Positions 61,609-64,000 of a stretch of 64,000 nt of DNA are shown one piece after another. Below the pieces are notes generated by a model that did not search any database, had not been told where the DNA came from, and worked only from the letters and a program-made list of their open reading frames with translations. Location: assembly GCA_000146045.2 (NCBI GenBank), contig BK006946.2, positions 384,001-448,000 of the forward strand, given 5' to 3'. This DNA is from TPA_inf: Saccharomyces. Its lineage: Eukaryota. The position numbers were made by a program, and so were the translations under genes. Position 1 is the first letter of the stretch. Each line of letters opens with the position of its first letter.

Positions 61609-64000
61609 TCAGTTTGTAGATGGCTTAGGCTCATTACGTTTTTCGTTTTTTTCTTCTTCCTTCCTGATTTTTTCCGTTTCGTAATCGTTCAAGTACTTAT
61701 CAAAAGCATCATTCCTTTCTGGGAAAGGGCGCTTACCAAGTAAATCAATCATATCTTCTCTTGTCAAAACTTCTTTTTTCAGTAGTACTTGAGCAATCTT
61801 CTCTACATCTTCTGCTTTTTCTTTAAGCAGCTTTGTACATCTGTCATGGCATTCTTGGACGATTCTGTATACTTCGGAATCAATAATGTCACCTGTCTCG
61901 TCCGAAAATGGTTTTGTCAAATCGCTATCATCTCTCTTCTGGTAATTGACCCAGCCAATTTTATCACTCATGCCTAATTCTGTGACCATTGCCGTGGCCA
62001 TGCTAGTAACTTTTTTGAAGTCATCAGATGCGCCACTTGTAACTGATGGGAAATGTAATTCTTCAGAAACTCTTCCACCCAGAGACATGGTCATTCTGTC
62101 CTTAAGTTGCTGTTCAGTTAGTAAGAAGATATCACCTGGCAAATACTGTGCATAACCAAGGGCGCCCTGGCCACGTGGAATAATACTGACTTTCAGAAGA
62201 GGATCTGCGTATTTTAAGTACCATCCACATACAGCATGACCAGCCTCGTGGTAAGCCACTACTTTCTTCTCTTCGGGAGAGAGTAGCTTGGATTTGCGTT
62301 CCACTCCACCGATGACTCTTTCGATAGCTTGTTCAAAATGATTCAATTTTACTGCATCTTCATCACTTCTAGCAGCAATCAAGGCGGCCTCGTTACAAAC
62401 GTTGGCAATATCAGCACCAGAAAAGCCTGGCGTCAAAGCCGCTAATCTATTTTTCAAATCAAAAATTTCCCCGGCAAGTTTCAAATGATGTAAATGAACA
62501 GCAAAAATGGCTTTTCTACCCTCAAGTTCGGGCTTGTCGATATTGATATGCCTGTCAAATCTACCAGGCCTTAATAATGCTTTATCGAGAATATCGGGTC
62601 TATTGGTACCAGCTAAAACAACAACGTGGTCAGCTGGAGTGAAACCATCCATTTCTACTAACATTTGATTTAGCGTGTTCTCTCTCTCATCATTGGCACC
62701 TGAAAAATTACCCTTTTGTCTTGCTTTTCCTATAGCATCAATTTCGTCAATAAACACAATTGAGGGTGCATTTTCTCTTGCAGTTTTGAACAAATCTCTT
62801 ACTCTTGCTGCACCAACACCAACAAACATTTCTACAAATTCTGAACCAGAAACAAAATAAAACGGAACACCGGCTTCACCTGCTGTTGCCTTTGCAAGCA
62901 AAGTTTTACCGGTACCTGGTGGACCAGATAGAATCGCACCTCTAGGAATTTTAGCTCCCATTTTTTCATAACGAGAAGGTTCTTTCAAGAAGCTAACAAA
63001 CTCCATAATTTCTTCCTTAGCCTCATCGCATCCGGCAACGTCCTTGAACTTGATCTTAACGTCTGTTTCAGTGTTAAATTTTTTAGCCTTAGAACGACTC
63101 AGACCAAATATGCCTCCACGGCTACCGCCCGCTGCTTGTGCCGATCTTCTTGTCAACCAAATAATACCTGCAATCATTAAAACAGTTGGCAAAATTTGGA
63201 ACATAGCTTTAGCCCAATTGCCTTCTTGAACATATAGTACAGGTATTCTGAAATCCTTATCAATGTCCAGTTCGTCCTGTGCTTTCTGAAGTTTGTGTTC
63301 GAAGCTATCAATTGAACCAATTGTGAAATAATAGAAGTTGCGACCGTAATTGTCGGCTTGGTTTTTTCCGTTGTCATTTAACATCACTTTCACCATGGAC
63401 TTGTTGACAACAATCAACTTCGCAACATAACCTTTTGCCAATAGTTTCTCTCTAAAATCCTGCCACGTTATCTCACTTTGCTCTTCCAAACTGTTGAGGA
63501 GATCCAATAAAAACGAAAGGAGGAAAAAAGTTAGTCCTATCTGGAATAAGTTAACATTTTTCGATACAGGATTACTAGGATCATTTAGAGGTGGTTTTGG
63601 GGGAGGAGGTGGTGGTGGCGGTGGAATATTTCTGCTATTGTTACCTTCAAAGTAGCCCTGCTCTTTTGTTCTGTTTGACTTGGCTTTTGAAGGACCATTT
63701 TCCTCCTCTTTTTCCTTTCTTTCTTCTTGAATTCTGTTAGATTCTTGTTTCAATACAGCATCTTCTAAACGCCTAATACTTTCATCAATTTTGCGTTTCT
63801 GTTCTTTCCAGTTAGCCGGTATAGTATTATTTTTAGTTTGTTCGATATATTTTTCTACTTGTTTTCTTATTGCTTCAACCTCTTCGTCTGTGGGAATTTC
63901 TTTGTTAAGTTTAGCGTCTTCGTTATTGTCCTCGTTCTTGTTACCGCTCTTATTCTCTTGCAGCCTATTGAGTAGCCGATATTGAGTATGTAAACTCTTG
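61609..64000 (-). CDS. YTA12: Mitochondrial inner-membrane m-AAA protease subunit (AAA+ and M41 zinc metalloprotease), C-terminal ~797 aa; the 5' end lies outside the window
   Basis: Walker A GPPGTGKT and the zinc-binding HEAGHA motif. The reading frame stays open upstream of the ORF-track start at 63753 (that codon is TTG, not ATG) and continues …[33 protein letters not shown]… to the window edge. Confidence 0.9.

Noticed and set aside
63751-63753. The ORF-track 'M' start of the 714-aa minus-strand ORF (YTA12)
   Set aside because: The codon is TTG, not ATG. The frame remains open and Yta12-like upstream to the window edge, so the gene is 5'-truncated by the window rather than starting here.

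Overview
This window is nuclear DNA of Saccharomyces cerevisiae, chromosome XIII right arm, covering roughly YMR054W (STV1, 5'-truncated at the window start) to YMR089C (YTA12, 5'-truncated at the window end). The codon usage, AT-rich intergenic spacers, canonical yeast intron signals and recognisable protein motifs in every long ORF all point to this. It is a dense, ordinary euchromatic gene array: about 36 protein-coding genes, one tRNA-Val(AAC) gene, and no intact Ty element, CRISPR array, rRNA or prokaryotic-style operon. I find no evidence for a novel or previously undescribed system here. The most notable things are: (1) a glutamine:fructose-6-phosphate amidotransferase (GFA1) paralog split into two ORFs by a frameshift (YMR084W/YMR085W); (2) a strikingly GC-rich island covering the 3' half of NAT4 and its downstream spacer; (3) the CAG/CAA and AAT/AAC repeat-encoded poly-Q/poly-N domain of MOT3; (4) the SEC14 intron, which the ORF track misses; (5) a ~2.6 kb gene-free interval upstream of ADH3; (6) recognisable cis-elements (Aft1 FeRE before FET3, Gcn4 site before ARG7, an MCB cluster before PDS5); and (7) a possible degenerate Ty LTR remnant next to the tRNA. 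Gene names are assigned by recognising conserved motifs in the translations and matching the known sizes of the yeast proteins. Several ORF-track N-termini appear over-extended, and I have moved those starts to the internal Met that matches the known protein length.
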